Source of the DNA: Novakomyces olei
Lineage: Eukaryota
Direction: 5' to 3'
Length of the DNA: 64,000 nucleotides
Assembly: GCA_016906335.1 (NCBI GenBank)
Contig: JADEYG010000015.1
Span: 806,001-870,000 of the forward strand
A program made the translations under genes and the position numbers. The notes below the pieces were generated by a model, which ran no database searches, was not told where the DNA came from, and worked only from the letters and a program-made list of their open reading frames with translations. This document shows positions 11,979 through 24,504 of this stretch, one piece after another (the first letter of the stretch is position 1; each line of letters opens with the position of its first letter).

Positions 11979-12720
11979 TGTGGAGCTAGCTATACACACC
12001 CAGGTATATAGTCCTGTGCACTGTCTTGTATATTTGTGCTTTTCGAGACTGTATGAAAGTCAGTTGAATTATTTGGTACATAAATCTGTAAGAGGGGGAG
12101 AATTGAATGTATATGAAAAAGAGTTGTTTGTTTATGGCTTCGGCATATTCATCAACATTCAACATGATCTATTGGGTAATGGCTTTACATTTCCCAATTT
12201 TTATGCTAATATACTTTTGGTGTCTCTAAATATTCAAGATTGTAGACTTCTCTGTGGTTTCCTTTGCCAATGTCACATATCTGATTTGCGAGTAGGATGA
12301 AAACTGGCTACAAATACTTTGCGGCTACATAAAGGCAGCTTTGTAAGATTGGATGATCAGTATTCAAGTCGAGTGATATTTGTCTGGTCGTTCATATAAT
12401 AAATTCACTTTTCTAGTAAGGAGCGCGCTTGCCAGCCCGCGCGTTTGTCCTTTGACGGCAGTTTTATTCCGATTTCATGCACAAAATTTTTGTAAAACAT
12501 GGCTCTGATCTTTTCAATACCCCCAAGCAGCTATATTAAAAATTGATTGCTGCAGCCTCGAGTCTCCACGCCCATATGGACGCTGCGCTTTTACAGTCAA
12601 AGTACTATTATATTTTTACGTATTTCTCTTTATGCTTACATGTACTGTAATCGCTCTACGTATATATCGTACTACATAGCTATTTACCTTTATACGGAGC
12701 CGCACCATCGAGCTAGCGCC

Positions 12721-15092
12721 ATGGCAGAGCCAGCGCAGCTGCAGAATAGCAGTTTTGGTGCCGAACTGCCGGTAAACCGTGTTGTTTAGTTTTTGCTTTA
12801 CTAAACAATTCTAGGATGCATTCAAGCCGGTCGATAAATGGGTATTCTTCGTTTGTACATGACAATGTGACTTATACGCGCAAAAGGTGGATCATGGAAT
12901 ACAATTCCTCGACGATGTGCAAGCTTTCTACCGTGAACGAGCAGACCTTGGTACGGCCACTTATCCTACATATAGCGTATCTTGAACTAAGCGTAAAGAG
13001 CGGGAGTACGGTACAAAATTGCAAACGATCGTTCAGAAATACCAAGACAAAAAGTCGAAAAAACAGATAGTCTTATCCGTCGGTGAAGAACCAAAGATGA
13101 CTCCCGGGTCTTTGGAAAAGTGAGCATTTTATAAGATTACGTTTCGGTGTGCTTACTTGCATTTTTCTAACTTTGAAAGCGCGTCTTCGACTACATGGAG
13201 CCGAATTTTAAACGAAGCCGAAAATGTAGCACGCGAAAAACTAACACTAAGCCACGAATACAATCTGCAAGTGTGTGATAGAGTAAAGACGATAGGTGTG
13301 GTTGATGAAGAATTGCGCAAAAAGCATGTGTCGTTCTCCGAAAAATTAGTCGAGGAGCGAGATGCCATGTACAGCGAGCTTAAAAAGACAAAGAGCAAGT
13401 ACGATTCTGTATGCCAAGCTGTCGAGAATGCACGGCAAAAAACAGATAAAAATCCAAGCGATTCCCGGGCAAAGCGCCATTACGCCAAGAACACAATGGA
13501 CATGGACAACCAGAAGAACATTTATTTGATACAAATTAGAATTGCTAATGCTATTAAACGGAAATACTACCACGAGGATGTGCCGCGGCTGCTGGACGTA
13601 AGTAGAATAACTGATCAGTCTGACCTTTTAGAGCCTGCAAGAGTTAAATGAGATGAGGGTGTCAAGTCTAAATGAAGTCTGGACACTTGCTGAACACTTG
13701 GAAAGAGCATGCTTCGAGAGGTCTATATCGCATAAGGATTCTGCCCTTGGCTTTATAAAGCAAAACAGACCGGAATTGGACTCGGCTTTTTTTGTTAGCC
13801 ACAATTCTGGCGGTTGGGTCGAGCCATCTGACTTTGACTTTGAACCAAGTCCGATTTGGCACGACACAAATGCCCTCGTAACAAATGACTCGGCTCTAGT
13901 GTATTTGCGAAATATGATTACAAAAACTCGGCAAACTTTGGCAAAGATTGATTCGTCCGTGGAAGATAGAGAGCGCGATTTGGCTGGTCTGGCGGATATG
14001 AAAAAGTCTTATTTGGAGAACCCTGCTCTAGGAAATGTTTCTTCTGTCCTACACGTACGTCTGTCTTTAAGCTTCCAGGTTGAGACTTGTTTATTTTTCA
14101 GCATCTATTCTAGTACATTTGATTTTTTTGATTTTGATTTTAACTTAAAGAAAATCCTTGATTCGGAGCGAGCATGTGCGACTTTAGAAAATGAACGAGT
14201 AAAGCTTCGAGTCGAGATTGAAACAGTGACCTCAATTGTGGGGAACATCGACGAAGGCTCGTCCCCGCATACGTTCAAATCGACGTCATTTGCAATACCT
14301 ACTTCATGCAACTATTGTGGACATTCTATTTGGGGTCTGACTCGGCAAGGCCTCGTTTGCCGCCGTTGTGATTACACTTGTCACGCAAAATGTGAGATGA
14401 AAGTACCCGCAACTTGCCCCGGAGTGAAACAGCAAAAGAAAGGTAAAAAAGACACAAGTGATCAGAATCTTGGCGTTGAATTAGACCGCACTCAAACTAC
14501 TTCAACTATGGCTAGTGATGATGCTTCTAGCCCTTATGGATTGGAGACAGGTAGCCAGCATTCGTATAGTTTTCTCGATGGCGGAGCCGGAGCCGGAGCC
14601 GGAGCCGGAGCGGCTGCAGGAGCATCAGGATTGGGTGAAGAAAGTATGGCTACTGCCAAGTATGAGTACAAGGCAGGCGGCCCTGGAGAACTAGATCTCG
14701 TCCCTGGAGATTCTATGCAGGTTTTAGAGCCGGATGACGGTGCAGGATGGGCTAAAGTTGTAATCGATGGCGATACCGGATTGGTGCCTTTATCGTACAT
14801 TGAAATACAAGACTCGCCCCGGTCCGCCTCTGTATCTATGACATCTTTAGCACCAAGTAGCGCTTCAAAACGCAGAGGACCCGCAGTACCCCCTAAACGC
14901 GCGAGCCGGAAGCCGGCGTATGTTAGAGCGCTTTACAATTACGATGCGCAAAGTGATTTAGAGATATCTATACGGGAAGGTGACATGATTCTGCTTAAGG
15001 TTGGTGATAAAGGCGATGGATGGGCTGAGGGCGAATTGAACGGAGTGACGGGGCAGTTTCCCGCTAACTATGTCGAGCCGGCAGCCCGGTAG
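12721..15092 (+). CDS. bzz1: F-BAR / C1 / double-SH3 endocytic protein Bzz1
   Basis: N-terminal SFGAEL..., FYRER..LEREY, LSVGEEPKMTPGSLE; C1 domain HTFKSTSFAIPTSCNYC...C.RCDYTCHAKCEMKVPATC; two SH3 domains (DDGAGW, ALYNYDAQ...GQFPANYVE); several short introns. Confidence 0.93.
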
Positions 15093-15402
15093 TTTAATGT
15101 TTAAGCACAAAAATTAGAAAATAAACCAAAAGACAATCGGAAAGTACCGTCCGTTAAATGGATCAGCTCACAGTATAGACAGGTTTACCACGACAGGGAC
15201 CCGTAAGTATTTAAGCATATATATATATTCGGTGACCAGTGATTTTTTAGCCCTTGGAACATAAAAGTTTGTGAGTAGCAGGCACAAATTAAACGCAAGA
15301 CAAATTTGAATTGGGTAATCGGTAATCATATTATGCTCATTTCATCAAGCTCTCAAGATTTAGTAGTAGAAGCAGGTTGATTCGTAAAAGTCTTTACAAA
15401 GC

Positions 15403-15712
15403 CTAGAGAGCACCGCCTTCAGAAGCATTAAACTCTTGAAACCGTTGCCCAACACGTTCCGAATGCTTAAGGAACTTTTCCGCACACTTTAGTACGCAGC
15501 TTTCCTCCTTAGCCGTAAGTGAGCGGCTCGTGAAATCGTTAACGCAGTCCATGAAGCAACGTTGCGTAAGATTAGAATACATCTGGAGGCTTTAGAAGTT
15601 TTTGATCAAGTACCCCAAGACTGGAAACCCTTACCTGCATATATTCCTTCATTTGCTTGGCTTCAACGATCTGTTGCAGCGCTTGCTGCTCTTTCGTATT
15701 GAGCCGGTCCAT
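15403..15712 (-). CDS. tim9: Mitochondrial intermembrane-space chaperone Tim9
   Basis: Not in the ORF track. Intron 15583-15634; [76 protein letters not shown] (twin CX3C). Confidence 0.95.
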
Positions 15713-16823
15713 CGTGAATGTCTTGCTGGTCGCTGCTCACGAAATATGAAATATTCTGATCGTCGATAATTAATATATTTTTTTATATATTCTTTTTATG
15801 TTTTATTTTATTCATAATTTTATAGAGACTTGTGGTATATTATACAGGTAAGATCTGGTTTATCCATCATGTATTTGATCTCATAAGCCTTAATCGGCAC
15901 GAAACTAAGGCAGACGGGTACCCGTCTGCGTAACGCGATCCAAATTCAAATAGTCGGTCGTAGAGACAAGGAGCCAGCAAGCACAATTTTTCTGTAAGGC
16001 TATGCACTTTTTGGTGTTTGGTTTATTCCTACTATCCATAATATATCTGCTCTGCTGCGTACAAGGGATCTGGTACAAGGGCATTATGGATGAAAAATGT
16101 GTTTTAGAATGGAAATGATATCAAACCAGTCTAGTCAATATATTGCGTGCACCACGCGCTAATAATAGTACCAAACCCAAATTTTCCTATTTATTGTAGC
16201 ATTATATTAAGCCCGTTCCGCAGATTGGTTATGATACAATATTTGTTGTCGCTACGATATAGCTGATTCGATAGTCAAAAAGATGTGCGAGCACAATGTA
16301 ACAAGCAATGGAGCAATGAGATGAATAGACGTGTTTAGATTGGCTAATATGTAGAGTAAGATTAGGGTCCGGCACTAGTGCTGTGAAATATTCCCTGAAT
16401 CAAACAACCATTCTTTCCCCATAGTTACAGTCTTGCCGCGACACCCCGTACCAGAAAACCCTGGGGTACACGTATTAATATTATAATTAAAATGAATTTA
16501 AACGGGTTATTTGGGGGCAATTAGAATATTACAAGGTCGCAACCTCTTTGTATCTGCTGAGGATCAGCAAAACTCGTTCAACGGCGGTGAAGGCTTTAAC
16601 GGCTGCTCGCAGCACGGCAAGCTTGTCTGCACGTGAGCGATTGCTGCGACTCTTGTCTTTATTTTTCTTCCGGCCCGCGTCTAGACTGGCAAGTGATCGG
16701 CTGTAGCGGCTTGTCTGCGACAACGCATCGGCACCGAAATATATCTAAATACATTCATCGGCATTGATATCATACTCATTATAATCGACTAATTATTCAA
16801 ATTGACGCGGTGTATTTTCGATA

Positions 16824-19120
16824 ATGCAGGTCTCGTCGCCGCATCGCATTGAGCTGCGTGCTGACTCGCCACCTTCGAAATCAACGCTCGTCAACTGGTG
16901 GAAGCATCTTAAAGCTCGGCCAGTATCTCGCAAAGCTCTAGAGAGCAGTGGTACGTCTGGCTTACGTGTTTTTGACGCCGTTTATTCGAAATCAGTCTTT
17001 CCACAGATCTTGCGTCGATATGCAATATTTTTGTTAAAGTTTTCTAATTTTTTTTTCCTGTTTTATTTCTTCGTTTGATTCCTACTTTTTCTTGACGTTT
17101 TTTATTCTCCCTACTCCCATAAATATTGTCGCTGGACTATGACCAATATTCTTACAATACAGCCGTGTTTGGAGTCCCGTTGTCGGAATCTATAACGTTT
17201 GCGAATGTGGCAATCTCCGTACTAGACGACCGTCAGCAACTCGTACTCTATGGCCATATTCCTATTGTAGTGGCAAAATGTGGAGTATTTCTGAAGGAAA
17301 GTGCTACGGATGTGGAAGGCATTTTCCGGCTTTCCGGATCGGTTAAACGCGTAAAAGATCTGCAGACAGTGTTTGATCTCCCACCCACGTATGGACGGTA
17401 CCATAGTTGGGAAGGCTATACGGTACACGATGCGGCAAGTGCTTTAAGGCGCTTCATAAACCAGTTACCTGAACCAATTATACCACATGAATACTACTTT
17501 CGATTCCGGGAGCCGTTGGTTGATCCTGAATTTGCTGCCCTGCCGGCCAAGGTTGCACGCTACCAGTCATTAGTTCTTCAACTAGCTCCAGTTAATCGTC
17601 AGTTACTACTCTACCTGCTTGACCTGCTGGCTCTTTTCGCCAGTAATTCTGATATTAACCGTATGAACGCGGCTAATTTAGCGGCTATCTTTCAACCGGG
17701 TATCCTTTCACATCCGCACCACGATCTTTTACCTGCCGAGTACCGTCTTTCCCAGTCTGTGTTGATCTTTCTTATTGAACAGCAGCATCATTTCTTACTA
17801 GGCATGCCTGGGTCTGAAGGTATTGACGCTGCATTACAGGCAACACATGCATCTATTGCTCCTAATACCGCACCTCAATCCGTTGCGAATCCAAATTCTA
17901 AGACCGCATCGACCGCGTCTCCAAAAAACTCGATTATCAGGCGGCGGCAGACGGTACATCGCGCTTCTTCCAAGGACAGCAAGTCTATGCTTTCAGATTC
18001 TCATTCGGCTTCTTTGGAAAAGAAATCGGCTGCCGTTACCGACAATAATAATGACGCTAATTCTACGGAGACTAATCTTTCATCCACAGCAGATCAAAAC
18101 ATCAATTCCGACGGAGAACGGAGAGTACCGAAAGCTCTTTCACGTGTATCCACTGGTCTGGGCCGTAGTAATACCCTACCCTCGTCACCGACGCCAGGCC
18201 GGAATTTCTCTTTTGCCAGGAGAAAGGAACAGAGAACTGCAGAGCCAGTTGAACAGGATCCAGAGCGGCAAACACAGCGGAATGATATAGTGCAGTCGGA
18301 GCAAGAGGGGATTAAGAATGGAAGAAAAGCACGTGAATCAGTGACTGTACCAAGAAACGCTGAAACCGGAGACGCTGAAACCGGAGACGCTGAAACTGGA
18401 GAAAGTGAGATTAAAGAAGCCGATACTGAAATTGAAATAAAAGACGCTGAAACTAGAGAGCAAGGGCAAGAGCAAGCGCAATCAGATCCTCGGCAAGTAT
18501 CTACAGATAAAGTTGATACCAATGAAGAAACAGAATTAAAGCTGGAAGACAAGTCTTCTGAGCTCCCCTCAAAAGTCGCAACGCCTCAGTCGTTAGAGCA
18601 TCTCAGAGATGAGGGCAGCTATAGCGTTATTCTTTCAGAAGCAGAAGGCTCACGACGTCCCCGGAGCGGAACCGCTGGCGGTTCTGTAGTCGGCTCTACT
18701 TCCGGTCCTACTTTAGCTAGCGGCATACGAAGCCGATCTGGAACGAACGAGATACCCGAGTATTTGAGACTTGTGCCCCAGCAGCTTAACGCTGAGAGTA
18801 CAGGTGTCGACGAAAAGCCAGAAAAGTCATCGCGGCATCCGACACCAGAATTTTTAAGACCCGGATCTCGACAAAGCAGCCAGCAATCAATTCCACGGAG
18901 TTTCGATGACTCGAGCCAGCACCGTCTGAGTCCTGTGAATAGTAGTCACGCTATGGAACACTGCCATAGGACATTAACGCCGCGGTCGATTGAGACAAAT
19001 TTAAGGGAATCTACTATGCGATCGCCCTCGCCTATTGGGAAAATAGGGGCCTGGTTTCGGAAGAAACGTAGCGAGAGAGGATCGCTCTCGAGCGTGGGCT
19101 CACACAAGTCTTTTGACTGA
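16824..19120 (+). CDS. Rho GTPase-activating protein (Sac7/Bag7/Rga5 type)
   Basis: Exon 1 SPPSKSTLVNWWKHLK, then intron about 16950-17162; VFGVPL.ESI, GHIPIVVAKCGVFLKE.ATDVEGIFRLSGS (Arg finger), NRMNAANLAAIFQPGIL; long disordered tail. Confidence 0.92.
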
Positions 19121-19931
19121 GGGGATAGGGGTTTGGGGGAAAAAAACGTTTTAAGTTTTGTGTGATACCTAAACAAATTGTCATATTTTGTTATTTCTTG
19201 GCCCAATAAAGTGCGTAGAGAAATGCTTAATAGGTGAATGGGACTGGAGGCATTGTAGGGTATATTTTCGAGTCACGGCTAGCTGGCTTTGATACGCAAG
19301 GATAGTGTAGGAATTTAATAACTGTCGATATAGTGGCTTATGTCGGCGCCTGTATTTAATTTATTTATTTTTATTTTTCATTATTTTGGGCTTTTCATAC
19401 GTTCGTATACTCGACAATCGTTGTATTTTGTTATCGTGTATAGGATTCACCACAGACAGATGCTCATGATTCTGTATTGTCCATGGAAACATTTATTTTG
19501 CAATTATTGCATCAGGGTCAGTCCTGACTGTTTAAGACCTCATTGTCAGAGTAGAAAGGCTCTAAATATGATCAATTTTTATGCATTTCCTTGTGTAACC
19601 ATGACGGAGGAGTAGAAACAGCCAACCTGATCATATGGCTCTATTATTACTGCTGCTGTTTAATTCGCGTCCGCGTCTATAAATTTTAACAACTAACCCT
19701 AACCCTAATCAGATAAGCTCAATTTGCAATAATCGCATGCCTAATGATCCGGATGATCTTCCTTACCGATAAGCTCTTCAAAATTGCCGTTTTGCGATAT
19801 GAATCAAGTTAAAGTAAGGCTTTAATGCTCATTGTGCATAGCACAATCAAGAATCTTATATCTGACATTTTTTAGTGCGCAAAAGCTATGGCTCAAAATT
19901 TATTTGAATAATTGCAAAAGGCCGATGCGAC

Positions 19932-21346
19932 ATGCCGGCGTCTCTAGTTCGTCAGCTGCATTCTCGCGACCTGCGACTTGACCAGAAAGAGCAGCGCGTC
20001 GCCCTATTATGCTCGACTGGAGCAGCAGTAGCGCTCTTGCTTTACTTTATATACCCGCGACGAGCCTTCGCTCCAAAACGAGCTCGGGACCGCAGAGTTA
20101 GAGGGCTATGGAACCCTGGTAATCTTTGCTTCATGAACTCAGTCATTGAGGTATGCATACAACATTGAACACGCGTCTCCCAGTTCATGCTTGAGAACCC
20201 TCAATTAACTTGGACTGTAAGGCAATTGCGGATTCCGAGTGTGTACGCCAGCTGCTTGTCGATAACGTAAACTCTGGCCGACGAGACAGGTTTCACGATA
20301 CACGAGTGTCGAGCGAGTTGCTCGCCTTATTACATCGTATTTCTTATTTCTGTTAAATGCTCCCTTTTAACTCTAGAACTTTCCTCCGGAACCAAAGTCT
20401 GCCATGTCTTTGCTTTACGGACCAGCTTTGAGAACGTTCTTGGGGCTACAATGTCCAGAAACCAGCAGGATGCTCAAGAATTCTTTCAACTCGTCCTTGA
20501 GCGGATCGTTCACGAAAAAGGGGCCCTTGGTGATATAAGCACTGGACCTGTCTCCGTTTTACGAGGAACTAGGCCCGGCTTTGTCGGTACTTACTGCACA
20601 CAAAACCAATGTTTGCGTTGCGGACATACGTACCGTTGGAGGCTGCAAAACTTTAATATGCTGACTCTTTCGCTCCCTGAATCGGTAAATAATTAAAGAT
20701 TAAAATGTGGAAGAAGAAAAGACCAATACAAAAATTTGATCATAAATCAAAAGCTAATCGTCTGTAATAGATTTCATGTACGTTGGAAGATTGCTTTGAT
20801 CTATCGTTTAAAGATGACCAGATTGACGGCTATGCTTGCAGAAATTGTACCTTTTTGCATATCAAGAGAACGACATCGGAAGAGCAGCAACCAAATTTTA
20901 TACGACAAGGTCCGTCTAGCGAAGAATGGGCCAAGGCTCTTTATGACGATAGCTCTGATGCAGCAGTCGTGTCGCGGACTACAATAAAGTCGTGGATAAA
21001 ACGAAGACAGGGCGTTTACCAGCTTCCACAGCAGACGCTAATTCTTCATCTGAATCGATCTCTGTTTAATCAAGTCGTAACTGCCCGACGTAATTCGTGT
21101 CGTGTCGAATTTCCTGAGCATTTGCATTTGAGAGGCGAAATTGGAGAGTCAAAAAGCTATTCCCTCCAGGCTGTGGTGGTACACTTTGGCTCTCACGACT
21201 TTGGACACTATATCTGCTATCGTAGGGTGAAACGGGGGCACAAGTTTATTTGGCTCGAGTGTAATGATGAAAAGGTGTCTATAGTCGAAAGGTCACATGT
21301 GCTGGATCAGCAAAAGGCAGCTTATATTCTTGTCTACAGTTTGTAG
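19932..21346 (+). CDS. Ubiquitin C-terminal hydrolase (USP) with N-terminal TM segment; USP30/Ubp16/Ubp11-like
   Basis: TM AAVALLLYFIY, Cys box GLWNPGNLCFMNSV, QQDAQEFF, LILHLNRS, His box VVHFGSHDFGHYICYRR, WLECNDE; three introns restore the frame. Confidence 0.88.
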
Positions 21347-21819
21347 CACTGTTCAAGATGTATAGTTTAGTAGATATTTTTCTTTTAGGCATTGTTTTTA
21401 GGAATATTAAAGCATTTACTTTGCCCAGTATGGGGTATGACTTTTGTTTTAGTATAATCCCGAATTCGCCAGTAGGTGGCGTAGGACGAGACATGACACT
21501 GCATATCTCGTTACAGAGTATTTACAAGACTAGTGAACATAAATACCCAAAATTGAACACGCGTCTGCGTAGTCGGAGCATGGTAAAACATACGAGTTGA
21601 CGCATACATTTCGAGACTTATACCTGGCATTTATAAACTAGATGCGAAGGGCTGATAGGCTGAGCAATGAAGTTTTGATCACGTTGGCACAAATATATTT
21701 ATAGATTTAAAACAGAGAGTAAATAGTAAAAAAATCGACTTCAAACCTTGACTTGAAGGAAATATTAAGTAAATAAAAAAGCAGGCAAAGCTATGGTCAC
21801 AAGTTGGATTTGAATCCGT

Positions 21820-22263
21820 TCAAGCAGCTGCATTCTTGGGCTTGCGACCTCGTTTCTTCTTTGGCGGCTCTGCAGACTCGGCTGCTGGTGCGTCGGCTTT
21901 CTGCGGAGACTCGTCACTCGTGGCCGCGGCAGCAGAAGCTGCAGGCTCTGCTTTTCCCTTGTCCTCTGCTGCTGCTCCATTTTTCGCGGCAGGTTCAGGG
22001 TTTTTCCGTGGTCGCCCGCGCCCACGTTGTGTAGGAGGCTTCCTCACAATCACAGGATTACCATTCGCGTCCAGTTTTCGCGGTCTGCCGCGTTTACGTG
22101 GCGCATCGCCGCCCGCAGCTGATTTCGCTGGCGCGGACGTGGCAGCCGCTGGTTTCTCTGACTCTGCTGCTTCTTTTTTCTCGCTCGAGCCTTTTCTTTT
22201 ACCAGTTTTGGTGCCATTGTTAGCCGGCGGCAAGCTTTCGCCGCTTTGAGGTTGTGCGCTCAT
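21820..22263 (-). CDS. Small AT-hook protein (HMGA-like)
   Basis: About 147 aa, rich in Ala/Lys/Pro, with PRKRGRPRK, RGRGRPRK and KKKRGRKPK. Confidence 0.8.
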   Translation of the reverse strand: MSAQPQSGESLPPANNGTKTGKRKGSSEKKEAAESEKPAAATSAPAKSAAGGDAPRKRGRPRKLDANGNPVIVRKPPTQRGRGRPRKNPEPAAKNGAAAEDKGKAEPAASAAAATSDESPQKADAPAAESAEPPKKKRGRKPKNAAA

Positions 22264-23630
22264 AACCAGAGATTGCGTTGTCAATGTACGGTAATTTTAG
22301 CGAAACGTCTTTCTCGACAATTGAGACCGGATGTGTCTGACAAAAAGATCAAGAGTCTTCGAGTTCGCGGCGGCAATAACACGCGTAAAACCGACTAGAC
22401 TTAATCAGCACTTTTGTTTAATCTCAGAAAAAACGCGTGCCAGTAGGAAAGGCAAAAGTTGAATTTCAGCCGAATCGGCTTTGCAAACAATGCGCGAGTG
22501 ACTGATTGTATAGAACTGACGCGAAATATAATTATAAACAAACAAAATAATAAACAAAATAATAAATAAACAAACAAATGATAGAGTAAATAATAAATAA
22601 ACAAATAATAAATAAACAATATAGGCAAATAAACAATAGAGCATAAAAAGATGGATAATATAGAAAATTTTAGACAAGTACAATTGATAAATCTGCATGC
22701 CAGCCATGCGTAAATAACACGAAGAGATTTCAGTGCATCGTTCAATAGAGTACACAGCCGACGACTCTGGTCTTTATTCAACAGCCAGTCAGTTTCGCAC
22801 TCTATTAATACGACTGCACATATTATTATTAGCTCATATATATGTATACGCATAAATACATATATACTTTAGCCGACAATGAAGTAAATTAAAACCAGTC
22901 AGTCATCCACGCAGCTGCGGGCACTTACATCGGGTCCTCAAGGCCTCTAAAATTGTCTTGAATGACGCTTTTTGCGTTGGTGAGAAAGGTAGATTGATGA
23001 GACTACCCGCCGATGGTTCAAAACAACGAGGGAATTTAGAAAATAAAATTAAAAAATGCGGAATTATTATTTAATTTTAAAAAATAAAATAAATTTTATT
23101 GTTAAGGTTGTGATATTGTATATGTAACATAAGTATCGTATGTACTGGGTAATAACAAGAATGCTGTCACAACATGCACAAAAATAATTAATTGTCCAGA
23201 ATTACAGGAATAATATTTTTATATTCACACTAGAAGGTATGGCGAGTAATTTCTTGGTATATAATAATTTAAATAAATCGTGGGCAATACTCGAATGTAC
23301 AAGAAGCGCTTGCATTTCAATTAAGTCGTACTTCCAGATAGATGGCGCAAGAAGCTTTATATTCAAATTACCGTAATCAAGCTGGCGGGGCATATAATTG
23401 GATTTGAACGAGTTTAAGAATAGATTTGACAGGAAGCAATTGCCATGACTGACCGCCAGGTTGGTGCAATTGCATTCAATTATACTTGAATTACACTTTT
23501 ACAGCGACAAATAAAAACGAGTTGAAAATCTACGGAAAAAGAAAACCCTAACCATTGAATAACAGCAAATACCAAGCTCATTCCACCCAGCACATTACCG
23601 AATCGTCTGATCCAATTTCTCGAATTGAAA

Positions 23631-24137
23631 ATGCCTGTCGACTCGACTACTGTAAGTGTTTCAGGCTGCTAGATGCTTTGACTGTTTCGTATGGGCACTT
23701 GAGCAGGTTTCTGAAAAATTTGTCGCTAACGAACATTAGCCAACTGGAAAGGAGGGCGCTAGCATGGTGACCTCCCGCCTGGCAAGGCTGCGCAGAATCC
23801 CACCGGAGTTGCTTCCGCTAGGTACGTTTTCGTTTGGCGGTGTTTGAATATGCTTCTAGTTAAATTTTAATCCTTTGGCCTGGTCTTTATACCATTCATA
23901 TTTTGCTTTATTTAGCGGCATTGCCATTTTCTTTTCGTTTACAAGATGGAACTAGTACTGGCCGGAGGCGGCTGGCTAGTTGGTGACTGCTCTTACAATA
24001 ATACTAATATGCAAAAAGGTGTTGCTGTCGGTGCTGGCGTAGTATTCGCTGTTTTTGCGGTCGGCCATAAGCTTTACACAGACAGCAATCTTCGCTTGTG
24101 GCCCGCGGATAAGCCGAAGCCTAAGCCCGCTCACTAA
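23631..24137 (+). CDS. B12D/NDUFA4 (MLRQ)-family small mitochondrial membrane protein
   Basis: Exons 23631-23651, 23740-23821 and 24019-24137 give MPVDSTTPTGKEGASMVTSRLARLRRIPPELLPLGVAVGAGVVFAVFAVGHKLYTDSNLRLWPADKPKPKPAH*. Confidence 0.82.
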
Positions 24138-24504
24138 ATTTAAGTTTGGTTTAATTCATGTGGACCTCTGTTGTTTATATACTTTATGCTACCTCAAGAA
24201 ATATTTCAACCACAGTTAGATACAATCATCGCTATCTGCATGTAATATGCTGCCCTACAGCCTATGAATAATGCATAAAGTTAAATCCACAACACTATCC
24301 CGAACCGAAAGCAATCGAGGCCTTTACCCACAAATACAAATACCCTCATATCCGTTCAAGCCGGCTTTCAAACGTCAATGTACTCGTCTTGACTCGCCTA
24401 GACTCGCCTAGACTGTGCATATAAAATGCTCGTATATAAAGCATTCGTATATAAAGCGCTCAATCATGACGCTACCATTTGCTAATGCAACAATATCACT
24501 AGCT

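Noticed and set aside
18356-18400. 15-bp tandem repeat (GACGCTGAAACCGGA) x3
   Set aside because: An ordinary in-frame repeat (DAETG) in the disordered RhoGAP tail.
19120-19930. Telomerase RNA gene suggested by CTAACCCTAA
   Set aside because: The repeat is longer than a typical template, the interval is short, and no pseudoknot or CR4/5 was recognised.
22401-22853. Hydrophobic ORFs of 116-150 aa
   Set aside because: Artefacts of (TTTA)-rich low-complexity sequence.
9189-24436. 19/20-nt match between the reverse complement of 9189-9208 and 24417-24436 (GCATATA[T/A]AATGCTCGTATA)
   Set aside because: Short and AT-rich with no flanking similarity; plausible by chance in 64 kb.
24391-24460. Short 10-bp and 15-bp tandem duplications
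   Set aside because: Two to three copies in a convergent terminator region; no spacers, so not CRISPR-like.
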